64,000 nt of DNA from Mobula birostris (GCF_030028105.1 NC_092399.1:13330001-13394000); one strand, 5' to 3'; shown: positions 12,402-24,258, counted from the first letter of the stretch. Made by a program: numbers and translations. The notes: generated by a model from the sequence alone, not told the origin.

Positions 12402-13890
12402 GAACATAGAACACAAAATATCACCTATCCGTACAGGCCCTTTGGCCCATGATGTTGCATAAACTTTCTAACCTACTCTAAGATCAATCTAATCCTTCCC
12501 TCCTACGTAGCACTCCATTTTTCTATCATCCATGGACCTCTCTGTAAGTTTCTTAAATGCTCCTAATGTATCTACCACCAGCCCTGGCAGAGCTTTCCAC
12601 TCACCCAACACTCTCCGTGTAAAGAGCTTACCCCTGACATCCCCCACATACTTTCCTCCAATCATCTTAAAATTGCGCCCCTTTGTATTAGCTATTTCAG
12701 CCCTGGGGAAAAAAAAGTCTCTGGCTATCTGCTCTATCTATGCCTCTTATCATCTTGTACACCTCTACAAGTCACTTCTCACCCTCCTTCACTCTAAAGA
12801 GAAAAGCCTTAGCTCATTCAACCCAGCTTCATAAGGTATACCCTCCAGTCCAGACAGCATTTTGGTAAATCTCCTCTGCACCCTCTCCAAAGCAAGGCAA
12901 TCAGAAATGAACACAATGTTCCAAGTGTGGTCTAACCAAAGTTACCTCAGGGCTCATAAACTGAATTAGTTTAAATTGGATTATGAGGACACTCAGTCCT
13001 CATTTATTGTCATTTAGAAATGCATGCATGCATTAAGAAATGATACAATGTTCCTCCGGAGTGATATCACAAAAAAACAGGACAAACCAAAGACTAACAC
13101 TGACAAGACCACATAATTATAACGTATAGTTACAGCAGTGCAAAACAATACCATAATTTGATAAAGAGCAGACCATGGGAATGGTAAAAAAAAGTTCCCT
13201 GACTATTGAATCCCCTGACTAATGAAAGCCATTACACCGTTCACCTTCTTAACAATCCTATCAAGTTACGGCAACTTTGAGGGATCTATGGATGTGGACC
13301 CGAAGATCTTTCTGTTCCTCCACACTGCCAAGAATCCTGCCATTAACCCTGTACTCTGCCTTCAAATCGGACCTTCCAAAATGAATCACTTCACACTACT
13401 CTGGGTTGAACTCCATCTGCTACTTCTTCTCAGCCCAGCTCTGCATTTATCAATGCCACAATGCAGCCTCCAACAACCTCCACACTGTCCACAACTCCAT
13501 TAAACTTTGTGTCATCTGCAAACTTGCTAACCCACCCTTCAACTTCCTCATCCAAGTTAGGTGTGTCCAGGAAGTCTTCCATGACAACAGTCCTGTTATT
13601 TTTTTTTCACCTTTCCAAAACCTGCCTCCCGATCTGTTCTTTGGTGTGTCTGTTGCTGTTGTGTGCGTGTGGGTGTGAGTGAGAGAGAAAGGGGAGGGGT
13701 GTCTATAGAATATTCCCAGCAGAGTGACTACTCCCTTCCTGTTTCTGACTTCCACCCACACCGACTCTATAGACAATCTCTCCACAACGTCTTCCCTTTC
13801 TGCAGCTGTGACGCTGTTGCTGATTAGCAATGCAACTCCCCTACCTCCTTTACTACCCTCTCTGTTGCTTTTGAAATATCTAAACCCCTA
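12402..13890 (-). mobile_element. Fragmented CR1 LINE (3' end, RT pieces, endonuclease piece)
   Basis: AGAACATAG-type tail at 12402; endonuclease-like SIESVWVEVRNRKGVVTLLGIFYRHP in ORF 13450-13830; interrupted at 12977-13196. Confidence 0.75.
12977..13196 (-). mobile_element. 3' fragment of the non-autonomous element at 14234-14910
   Basis: Reverse complement of ~14695-14910. Confidence 0.8.
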
Positions 13891-14233
13891 CTCAAAGGGA
13901 AAAAAAGGTGGATCAGCCTTTTCCTGAAAATTGGTGTTTTACACTTGACTATGAAGTCATAAACTTTCAGATGGGAATTTGCAAGTGGAATAGATGAGAA
14001 CTGTGTCCTGATGGAACTTGGAACATCTATGTTCAGAAATCAACATGTATTCAAGCTTTTTATTTTCTGGAAAGCCTTTCATGTAAAGCCATTTCTTTTG
14101 AATTAGCCAAGCATACAAAATATTGCCATTATTATGTAAAGGATAATGATTTATAGTCACTGTTTTTTCATTGTAATATGAATTCATTTTGACAGATTTC
14201 CAGAAATTATATTTTAACAAAACAAAAAAGCAT

Positions 14234-14910
14234 GTGGAGAAGATGGCAGCGCGACGCAGCGTGCGCGGCCTCTCCGGTGAATGATATCTGTAATCTGTCA
14301 AGTAGGGGACCGTGCACAATTCTGATTTGATGGAGACAGACGTGAGAGTACGGAGGAACATCTGGAGAAACTTCTGAAATGCCTGCTTCACTGCCGCTGC
14401 TACTGTGTGATCCAGAATCTCCGGAGCAGAAGGCCCCGAATCCTCAGCTTTGCTTGTTTCAGCGGCCGGGGCGAGGTTGAAGGCGCTCAGCAGAGGATGG
14501 CGCTCGGGAGGCTGTATTGGAGGGGCTGGTCGGAGGCTCGAAGTTTTCGGACGGATGGACTCAGTGTCGGCTGTGGTCGGCTGCTTCCAAGGCATCGGCA
14601 AGTTGACGGTGCCTGGAGGTTTCTGGGAGGGAGTTTTTCCCTTTTGCCGCCTGATATCGGGGACTCAGGAGTTGATCTACTCAGGGATTTTGAGACTTTA
14701 TTTACCGTGCCCATGGTTTGTTCTTCATCAAATTATGGTATTGCTTTGCACTGCTGTAACTATATGTTATAATTATGTGGTTCTGTCAGTGTTAGTCTTT
14801 GGTCTGTCCTGTTTTCTGTGATATCACTCCGGAGAAACATTGTATCATTTCATAATGCATGTATGCATTTCTAAATGACAATAAAAGAGGACTGAGTGTT
14901 CTCATAATCT
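14234..14910 (+). mobile_element. Non-coding, non-autonomous retroelement (677 bp), apparently full length
   Basis: 6-bp TSD AAGCAT (14228-14233 / 14911-14916); CpG-rich 5' end with YY1-like AAGATGGCAGCG; AATAAA near the 3' end; second partial copy at 12977. Confidence 0.7.
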
Positions 14911-15644
14911 AAGCATTCAATAACTTTTCAAGCATCAAGATAGATCTATCTTAATAGAAAAAAATAAACAATTCCCTCTTTGTCTTTCACTTAAAATCAA
15001 CCTAAACTTTTTTTTTGGTTCTTAATTATTGGAACTTAACATAATCATGCTGTTCTTGCCTCAGATGTCACATAGGTACTGCTAGCAAATTGTTACAAGC
15101 TGGGGTGAGATAGGTTAGTCAAGATGAGCAGAGTAAAAACATTGGGACTGTTGATGTTGTTCTGAGAGTTTTCAAGGAAGAGTAGGGAGGTTTAAAGGCC
15201 AGAAGAGGTTATTGAGGCAAAATGAGAGTTCTTGATTTTGAGAGAAAAGTACAACTGTCTGGGGAAAAGGCCAAAGAAACAGAAATTGGAACAAAGACAG
15301 TAGAGAAAAAAAAATGCCCAGCAACATGTTACGTATGGTGTTTTCTTTTTGAGGTCGGGATGAAACAGAGATGCCTACTGAGGATTGATTATCTAGGGCC
15401 AGAGAGTAGAAAGGCAGAAGGAACAAAGAGTACACAACATTGTGGAAGGAGATGGGATCAGAGGAAGTGTTGCAGGAAAGAAAGGCCTAGAGGTACAATG
15501 ATACCCAAGGGTTTGTATACATTATGATCCGTCTTATCTGAGAGGATATAGAACAGAGATCAAAGGGTGGTAGAGTTGTGGATAAGGAAGGTTTTGAGAT
15601 AGTGAGACTGCTGTTGAAATGAAATATGTAGTGGACACAGGCAA

Positions 15645-16360
15645 TGTTGAGGCTTTATAAAGCACTGGTGAGGCCTCACTTGGAGTATTGTGAGCAGTTT
15701 TGGGCTCCTCATCTAAGAAAAGATGTACTGACATTGGAGAGAGTTCAAAAGGAAGTTCAGGAAGATGATTCCAGGAGTGAAAGGCTTGTCATATGAAAAG
15801 CTTTCGATGGCTCTGGGCCTCTACTCACTCGAATCCAGAAGAATGAGAGGTGACCTCATTAACGCCTATCGAATGTTGAACGGTCTCAATAAAGTGGATG
15901 TGGAGAGGATGTTTCCTTGGTGAGGAATCTAAGACCAGAAGTCACAGCCTCAGAATAAGAATGAGGTTTCAATGAGGTGACCTCATTAAAACCTTTCGAA
16001 TGTTGAATGGCCTCAATAAAGTGGATGTGGAGAAGATGTTTCCTTGGTAAGGAGTCTAAGACCAGAAGTCACAACCTCAGAATAGAGAAGCTCACTTTTA
16101 GAATGGAGATGAGAAGGAATTTCTTTAGCCAGAGAGCAGTGAGTCTGTGGAATTCGTTGCCACAGTTGGTTGTGGAGACCAAGTCACTGGGTATATGTAA
16201 GGCAGAGTTGACAGATTCTTGATTGGTCAGGGCATGAAGGGATACGGGGAGAAGGCAGGAGATCGAGACTGAGAGGAAAAATGGATCAGCCATGATGAAG
16301 TGGCGGAGCAGACTCAAAGGGCCAAATGGCCTAATTCTGCTCCTATATCTTATGGTCTTA
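15645..16360 (+). mobile_element. CR1 LINE 3' fragment with an internal ~125-bp tandem duplication
   Basis: GTGAGGCCTCACTTGGAGTATTG (VRPHLEYC), RRNFFSQRAVSLWNSLP, CTTATGGT tail; GAGGTGACCTCATTAA...CAGAATA occurs twice. Confidence 0.85.
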
Positions 16361-16799
16361 CCATGTTGGCATGTGGCATTTAGTGCAAAGATCAGGATGT
16401 GGCATAAAATAATAGTTAGATGATGCTGAAGGTTTTGGTGATATTTGTAATTGTTGGTGGATCCATAACATACTATGTTGTAGAGGAGGTAGTTTGTCCC
16501 ACCAGGTCTATACTGGCTCTCAGAGCAATGCTACGAATCCCATTACTCCATCTATTCTCCATCCTGCCCCCCCCCCGCAACCTATTCCCTTTTCTGCAAC
16601 CCAGAATTAAAGGTATCTTTTTCCGAGAGTTGAAACCGCAATGCCACCCTAACGTGAAGAGTTCAGTCAAGATGCACATGGAATAAGTAGAGTTGGAGAC
16701 AATTGCAGCAGAGGAAAATGGGGATGTTAAAGTAACTTTGGTAGATATTTGGTCAACAAACTAATTAAGGTGAATTTGTTTTCTTTATTATCACTGCAG

Positions 16800-16857
16800 A
16801 TGTGCTTCACGTTTCTTCTGAGAAGCCACAAGATCCAAGATATTTCCTTGTATTCAG
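16800..16857 (+). other. Probable 5' UTR exon of C1orf216
   Basis: Pyrimidine-rich tract TTTGTTTTCTTTATTATCACTGCAG| and donor CAG|GTAATT in unique sequence 1.5 kb upstream of the coding exon. Confidence 0.5.
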
Positions 16858-17021
16858 GTAATTGAAACAAGCACAATTTGATCAGGATTTTGTATATAAT
16901 TACTATTTAATAATATTGGTCACTGTTTTATTTTGGTCTTGTTATTTGTTGATTCACAATGATTAAACATAATGGATATCATGTTGTACAAATCCCTAGT
17001 CTTTGTGGTATAAACACAAGA

Positions 17022-17155
17022 GATTTTGCAGATGCTGGAAGTCCAAAGCAACACACACAAAATGCTGGATGAACTCAGCAGGTCAGGCAGCATCTATGGA
17101 AAAGGGTAAAAAGTCGAAGTTTGGGGCTGAGACCCTTCTTCATGTCCTGAAGAAG
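17022..17155 (-). mobile_element. Penelope pLTR fragment with the start of a fold-back
   Basis: AAACACAAGAGATTTTGCAGATGCTGG...GAGACCCTTCTTCATGTCCTGAAGAAG. Confidence 0.75.
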
Positions 17156-17496
17156 TATGATGGTTTGCTATTTGAACACCATAAACAGAATATTTATTTT
17201 TCTCAGCATCTTGACAAATGTGCTTTACCTTCAATCGGTTGCTATAGAAATGATATCAAATAAAGAAGTGCTCAAAATCAATAATGATCACACCAGATCA
17301 AATAATATCCAGGAAGGGTCTCTGCATTTAATATTACTACCCCCACACAACACTTTCTTGATCTCTTTCCCCATTCAATAACGCATGCAACTAGTTCTCC
17401 TTCTCAAAAACTTTAAATATCTACTTTGAAGCTTAAATTGTCTTTGTATGGTACCTTGTCAGTGAATTGGGATCGAAAGTTTATTACAATAATGCA

Positions 17497-17875
17497 ACAC
17501 ACACAACGTGCTGGAGGAACTCAGCAGGTCAGGCAGCATCTGTGGAAATGAATAAACAGTCGACATTTCGGGTTGAGACCCTTCACCAAGACTGAGAAGG
17601 AAAGGGGAGGATGCCAGAATAGAAAGGTGTGGGGAGGGGGATAGAGGCTAGCTGGAAGGTGATAGCTGAAGCCAGGTGGGTGGAAAAAGGTCAAGGGCTG
17701 GAGAAGAAGGAATCTGACAGGAGAGGAGAGTGGCCCACAGTCCTGAAGAAGGGTCTCACTCTGAAACATTGTCTATCTATTCATTTCCATAGGTGTTGCC
17801 TGTCCTGTTGAGTTCCTCCAGCATTTTTTGTGTGTTGCTTTGGATTTCCAGTATCTGCAGATTTTCTCGTGTTTG
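17497..17875. mobile_element. Fold-back Penelope pLTR pair with TSD
   Basis: Inverted pLTR arms; 10-bp TSD CAATAATGCA (17487-17496 / 17876-17885); degenerate hammerheads at ~17558-17593 (-) and ~17739-17775 (+). Confidence 0.82.
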
Positions 17876-18375
17876 CAATAATGCACATGGGCACGCACCT
17901 CAAGTAAAACAATCTAAAATCCTTTGATCCTATAGTCCATTGTAAATTATATCTAGCATCCTGGGACATATTTCAACCTTCTTTTGGATTGGAACAATGT
18001 GGTCAAAATTCAAATGCTTAAAACTGTGTGGTCAAAATGAAACTTAACATGAAAGATTAAGACCTCTATGAGTACCTGTTGAACTGACTTAACATGCTAG
18101 TGAAAATATGACTTTCCTAGTGTCATGATTTCTGTGAGAATAATGATTACTATGCTTAAAAGCAGCTTTATGAACACCTAAGATCCCAAAATATTCCACG
18201 TAAATGAAAAGACAGATTTTCATTTATCTCTTCTTACGAACATCCATCGTTAAGTTTTAAGTTGCTTGCCAAGTTATAAAATATGATCATACCTTGAAGC
18301 AGATGTTACATGATAACATAATTCTCCATATGTGTCCAAAATGCTCTGTTTTTCAGCTTTTTAAAGTAAATCAGT

Positions 18376-19179
18376 ATGTTTGCTATTGAGGCACTGGGAG
18401 CCCCTGAAGTTTCCTCAAGTTCTCAACTTTGCAACAGAACGCATGAACTAGAAATCAGGAGTGAAGCCATTAGTATGACAGATGTCAAACAGGACATGAA
18501 TTCTAACTTTGTGGTAGAGCGATCCAGCAAGAATGAGATCTTTGGCAAGCTTCCGTCTGAAGGGACCGCATTGAGAAATAGTCCTCAACTGAAAAATGAA
18601 CCGGATTTGCAAATGAAGAAAGAGAAGGGCAGTCCTTTTTCCCTGAGTTTGGAGTCAGGGAGCACCAAACCACCTTCAGGAGAGCGTGTCCGAATTCCAC
18701 CAGAGGGAGCCGAAATGGGCCACCCCAGCAAACTTACCAAGGTTGTGGATTGTGAAGAGCTTACTGTCTCTCCCTCAGATGACAATGGCTATTCCAGCAG
18801 CTGCTTGAGTATCGAAAGTCCAGATAGTGTAGAAGGAAACATCTGGGAGGCAGGTGAGACTGTCAAGAAGGATAAACTGGATCCTTGGCAACAAGCTGAT
18901 ATTGAAAGCATTCCAGGGACTCCACCTGCTGCAGACTCTTTCCTGCCTTCAATATTTGAAGCAGTCCAGAGTCTTCAAGAGAAGCAAAGATTCAAAGAGC
19001 AAGAGAAAGAGAAGCACCAAACCCAAGTGATCATGTACCGCCGCTTGGCCTTGCTGCGATGGATCCGTAGCCTCCAGCAGAAAGTCGTGGACCATCAACA
19101 CCGGCTGCAGGAGAGCTACGACACCATCCTGAGCAACCGCAAAGAGCTGCTGAAGTTCATCAAACAGGGAGTTGTCTAG
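18376..19179 (+). CDS. C1orf216: UPF0500 protein C1orf216 homolog (267 aa, single coding exon, C-terminal coiled coil)
   Basis: Starts MFAI like the human protein. Conserved blocks PPEGAE, SPSDDNGYSSSCLSIES and KEQEKEKHQTQVIMYRRLALLRWIRSLQQKVVDHQHRLQESYDTILSNRKELL recognised from memory of C1orf216. Splice acceptor CTGTTTTTCAG ends at 18356; in-frame TAA at 18367-18369 fixes the start codon. Confidence 0.93.
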   Translation: MFAIEALGAPEVSSSSQLCNRTHELEIRSEAISMTDVKQDMNSNFVVERSSKNEIFGKLPSEGTALRNSPQLKNEPDLQMKKEKGSPFSLSLESGSTKPPSGERVRIPPEGAEMGHPSKLTKVVDCEELTVSPSDDNGYSSSCLSIESPDSVEGNIWEAGETVKKDKLDPWQQADIESIPGTPPAADSFLPSIFEAVQSLQEKQRFKEQEKEKHQTQVIMYRRLALLRWIRSLQQKVVDHQHRLQESYDTILSNRKELLKFIKQGVV

Positions 19180-20110
19180 CAAGAGAGTGACCAGTGCATG
19201 TTGCGTGGAGTCTCACAAACCTCAGTAACTGCCTTCTCTCCTGCGATCAGTTTCAGTAAAACTCACTTATTCATCTTAGAAACTCGGTGACTGAAGTCAG
19301 AAAATGTAAGCAACATTAAATGTATCATTGTTTGACTGGATGAGAGGGCATGCTTCCCACTATCTTGCTGTTTCTTGAAGAGATATTTCCCCCTTATTTT
19401 TAAGGCTGCTTTCTGAGATGCACGAGGAAGTAAACTGCTGAACAATGGAGATTGAGTAGGGAAACCGTTCTCAACCCTGGCTGGGTCACCTGGGCAAGAG
19501 CGTCCCATATTGAAAGACCCAATACACCCGATGACCCATTGTTGTTACATCACTGATGATGACGCGCATCCTAGGATCGCAGCATCAGTCAAATTGTTGG
19601 TTATGGTAATCACTTCATCTCTACTGAGATCTGTTTTTATTTTGTAAAAAGAAAATTGCTGTTGCATCCCTGTATAATCTGGAAAGGCTATTTCCAGTCA
19701 AAAAGGTTACATTAGGATCTTGCCCTGTTGCATTTTGCAGCTGACATGTTCCTGTGCTATATATTTTTTGTTTCTTTATCACCTTGTTTTTAAACCAACT
19801 CCACACTTTGCTATCCTTTTAAAATGTAACTTTTTTTTAATGATGTCCTTATTACTCAGTCAACAAAGTAGAGTGATTGATGTTGCTTCAGATTTATTCC
19901 CCTTCTCCCTCGAAGTTGAAGCTGACATTTGATTTTAAAAAAAGGAGCTGAGGATTTTCCTTGTTGCACATGCAGTAAATGTGCAGATCCTGATATTATT
20001 CCAACTTTTGTTTGCTTTATCGTCAGGAGTTTTTGGTTGCATTTATCCTGCTGACTCAGATTTTTTCTTTGGTGTGCTTGAAGCATATTGACACTTCTCA
20101 TTAGTTAGGC

Positions 20111-20191
20111 CAGAAGTCCCCAATCTTTTTTATGCGATTGATTCTTACTATTAACTGAGGGGTCTGAGGACCCCCAGGTCGAGAAACGCTG
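20111..20191. mobile_element. hAT MITE copy in the putative C1orf216 3' UTR
   Basis: Inverted copy of the 2082 family; 8-bp TSD AGTTAGGC/AGTTAGTC. Confidence 0.7.
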
Positions 20192-20424
20192 AGTTAGTCT
20201 GTACTTGGTTCAATTTTACATATAAAGATCAAATGGAACTAAAGAAATGTGCTGATTTGTGAAATACTCTTCTATTCGTATTTAATATGATATGAATTAA
20301 AATTAAAGTCCTTTTAGTTTGAAACTCATGGATCAATAATTTTAAGCTTAGTCACAAACATTAATTATATTAGATGTTGGATCTAGAAAAAATATGCTTT
20401 ACCTGTAACAGATAATCAACTTTT

Positions 20425-20430
20425 AATAAA
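20425..20430 (+). promoter_or_regulatory. Candidate polyadenylation signal of C1orf216
   Basis: AATAAA ~1.25 kb downstream of the stop codon in AT-rich sequence; another lies near 20555. Confidence 0.35.
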
Positions 20431-21022
20431 AATGTAAAGATTGTATTTAAAGCTAGCATGTCAAATAACTATATTGTATCCATTTGCTCATGGAGATCAT
20501 TTATATATGGATAAGATTCATAAGATGTGCTCTTAAGTCAGAAATTGCATTGTCAATAAAGGCAGCAAGGCATTGTGAGCTGAACAATATTTTGAGAGAT
20601 GGACCTTTTATAAGGATACCTGGTTCTGAAGCTGTTCTGGTACTGACTGATCTTATTGTTTGGATAACACGTGGCTGAAATTTGAGGGAACCCTCTCATG
20701 GATTGGGTTGAACGTTATTTGATGGTAGGGGTTCTCTGAAAATCTGAAACTACTAGCTTTTTCTTTCTGGTTTGTTTAAAGCATTGAGATATTCACGTGG
20801 GCATGATTATCTTCTTGTAAAGATAGCTACTATCATGTGTAATGTAAGCAGACGGACAGAAGAAACAATTATTCCGTATGTATTATGGCTATGTTTGTCA
20901 TCTGACCTACCTTAATAATGTTTGCCCAAATATAGCTGCAATTTTTTTTCTGAATGACTACCATCATCATGATGTGTGTGTGGTTAATAGGAATTTATGA
21001 TGTGCAATTATTAATTAATATA

Positions 21023-21146
21023 AAGTGAACTATTATATATTAATGACTATTTATAGAACTATATCAGTGCTATCATGCCTACATGAAGTGAACTATTATA
21101 CATTCATGACTATTTATAGAACTTTATCTATGCTATCATGTCTATA
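21023..21146. repeat. Tandem duplication, 2 x 63 bp
   Basis: AAGTGAACTATTATA...GCTATCATG units start at 21023 and 21086. Confidence 0.85.
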
Positions 21147-22959
21147 ATACTAAACACCTTCAAATATGAAGTTTTTGTCAAAGTTTGTCTTATTACTAAA
21201 TAAGTCAGTGATTTGTTAATGGGTTCTTTACATTTAGTTTAAAAACTGTAGAAATAATCCACTAATATGAAGAACTGATAAGCAAGATTTTGAGCCTGCT
21301 CTGAGATTTGGACCCAAGGACCCAATTTGGTTCAGAATGTTTTTGGTTTGCTTCAATTTTATGCATGAATAGTTGAGTTTTACCCCCTTTTCGAGTGTTG
21401 GTCTTTTTTTTTCTCTTTAATTGCGTTCTTTCGGGTTCCTTGCTTTGTGGCTACCTGCAAGCAAGCAAATCTCAAAGTTGTATCATCTACACATTCTTTG
21501 ATAATAAATGTACTTTGAATCTTTGATACTATGAACTGATACTGTGATACATGGGGATGAGATGTGATGTCCATATGGTCCGAATATCACAGTTATTTAG
21601 CAAACATTTAGCATGAGAAATTCTAAGCAATTCCAACGAAAGTAAATGTCTGCAGTGTTAAAGAGTTAGGAAATATACTTAAACACAAGAGATTCTGCAG
21701 ATGCTGAAAAAAATACTTTAAACTGTTTGAAACTAATTTGCACATTTAAAAAAGTTCACATTTGATCACCAAAGGGGAAAGAGGTGCACTTAAATGCATT
21801 AATTATTGATGAGATTCCTTATATTATCATTAAATATTCCCCATTCCGTATCGCCGTTCTGCCAGCACCTCCTGGAGTGGATCAGAATAATGAATTCCTA
21901 GAAGAACCCCAGTCCATTTGCCTCATCCCCTTTTCACTCCACAAATCTTGCTTAATAAGAAAAGTGGCTTTCTAATGTGTTTCAATGCAAAATCAACCAC
22001 TTCCTGTGAAATTGGACTAAGCACTTCCAGGCATAATTCACCTTAACACAGCTGATGATTCTCTGGCATCATTCATGCTTGTAATGACAACACTGACATG
22101 TGAAATGCTCATCTCAGCCTCCCTGGCGGAAGTTGGAGGAATAATGTGCAACTTATGACCTTTTTTAACTTAATATAAACAGGTCCAGTCCCTGCAGCAT
22201 GTGGCAAAGAGACATGAATTAAATGGTTCCCTCTGAGTCATCAGTGTGTACTGTCTGCATCTACCTGGCTCTGTTTTAATGATCTGTGTATTTCACACAT
22301 CATTACCTAGTCTCTCAGCACTTGCATGGGAGTGGTGTCTGCTGCATCTTTGATATAGCATTCAATCAAACTTTGCTGATAATTACAAGGGGAAAGGATG
22401 TGGCCTTTCAGACTGAAGATGAGTTCCCCTCCCACATTTCCTTAGTATGTTCCCTCGCCTTGTTAGGGCTTTTTTTTGGGGTTCGCATGTATAGCAAATA
22501 ACGTCAACAGCTAACTTCAGTCACCAATCTTCAGGTCTGAATATAGACTGTAGATTAAATATAAAATGCATATTAAATATAAAGTTCCTAAGAGCCGTGA
22601 ACTGCAGTTAATTGGAAGATCAGACAAAGCTGGTTTAAATTCGTTTGGGTGTCTGTAATGTGGATGTGAAGAGGGAATTGTGAAAGTTGTGTGTAATTCA
22701 AAGGAAGCATTGTGGAGGCATTGTAAATATGGAATCGTCCTGTGATCTTTAGCACACAAAATGTCGTGTGCTGTTGGGTCAAGCAGGCCTCTTCCTCCAA
22801 AAGGGTCTCAGTGTGATGCCTGTTGGCCCTCATTTTGTCGAATAAAGAGACTACTTCATTTCTACCAGGAACTTTTCTCAAGCGACTTTGTTCATGCGAC
22901 ACCCTCATTGAAACCTGCTGTAATCTGGCGGTCTTGAAAAGAACCACTTTAAGTTTGGA

Positions 22960-23090
22960 CAACAGGAATTCTGCAGATGCTGGAAATTCAAGCAACACAC
23001 ATAAAAGTTGCTGGTGAACGCAGCGGGCCAGGCAGCATCTCTAGGAAGAGGTGCAGTCGACGTTTCAGGCCGAGACCCTTCATCAGGACT
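22960..23090 (-). mobile_element. Solo 130-bp Penelope pLTR unit carrying a hammerhead, with TSD
   Basis: Flanked on both sides by TTTAAGTTTGGA; the minus-strand 5' end coincides with the start of the ribozyme. Confidence 0.85.
23055..23090 (-). ncRNA. Minimal type I hammerhead ribozyme
   Basis: Minus strand AGTC-CTGATGA-AGGGTCTCGGCCT-GAAA-C-GTC-GACT: intact core, stem I AGTC/GACT, GUC cleavage triplet. Confidence 0.75.
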
Positions 23091-23490
23091 TTAAGTTTGG
23101 AACCCACTTTCCAAGATCCCCAACAGTTGAGCTACAGTGGGTGCCATTTCTACAGGAAACTACCACTGTGAATTGTACAGATTATATTTTATTGCAATTA
23201 CCGACAGAGCAATTCCCTCAACTTTCTTAAGGTAAATGTTCACAATTTCAATACTTATTTTTGGTTAGGGGAGCCAGAGGAATATTATGCTAAATTTAGC
23301 ACTTATTGAAAGCACAGGTAATGATGAATTATTATTTTTAATTAATTATGCTTAAGACAAAAACATGCCATCAGAATAATAATCTAAAAATCCACTATTG
23401 AAAGGAATATCTACAGGCTGGATCTAGAATAGGCAATTACTTATCCTGCTGATGGAGCAAGTATGAACTAATCTGACACAGTGCTATATA

Positions 23491-24258
23491 CAGTGGATTG
23501 CAGTTAATTGGGCCATTGCTTAATCACTTATTTGGGACAACTCTTAAAGAACCTTTGTTTATCTGGGGCACTGTGCCACTTAATTGTGGCAGGAGACTGT
23601 TGCTGAACAGTTTCTAACTAGCATCAGCCGCATGCGCTAGCGTGGCTTTTAGGCATTACACTGTGCTTAGAGCGATGTTTTTAAATAGCATTAATCACAT
23701 GTGTTTGTACTCAAAAAGCAGTGATTTTTGCCACTGATCGTTGGTGAAAATAAGCAATGAGACAATTCAGAACTGTTTTGCTCGCTGTGGTTTCAAGCAT
23801 TCAGGTTTGGAAATGCCCAAAACGGTCAGGAGGGAAAATGAAACAATTTCACTATTTTAACAAGTTAGGAATTATGAGGAATTTGAAGGTATCAACGATC
23901 TTCTTTCATGTTACAATGAAAATGAAGATTTAGAGGATGCAATCGTCGGTAATATTTTGTGAAGACAGTACATTACCTGCACTCGGTGTCTGCGCTGATT
24001 TTGTTCAATCAGAAGAACACGGTAGGTGAATTCTTCCATTGATAACAACTGGAAACTAATACCGTGTTTTATAGTACTGTAGAGATACTGGTAGTGTTCT
24101 AATTTGTTAAGTATTTCATTTAAATACATAAATTGTACATAGTTTGTCTTTTCTAAACCTTTTAACTATTTCCATGCAACTTTGGCTAATTGGAGCAGCC
24201 ACTTAATTGGGCCAAAATGTACTTGTCCCAATGTGTTCCGATTAACCAGAATCTGCTG
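23491..24258 (+). mobile_element. Tigger/pogo-type DNA transposon, internally deleted
   Basis: TA-flanked TIRs CAGTGGATTGCAGTTAAT...ATTAACCAGAATCTGCTG; internal TIQNCFARCGF typical of the Tigger transposase C-terminus. Confidence 0.75.

Noticed and set aside
13957-14821. Overlapping 120-214 aa ORFs
   Set aside because: They lie largely in a GC-rich non-coding repeat and show no recognisable domain.
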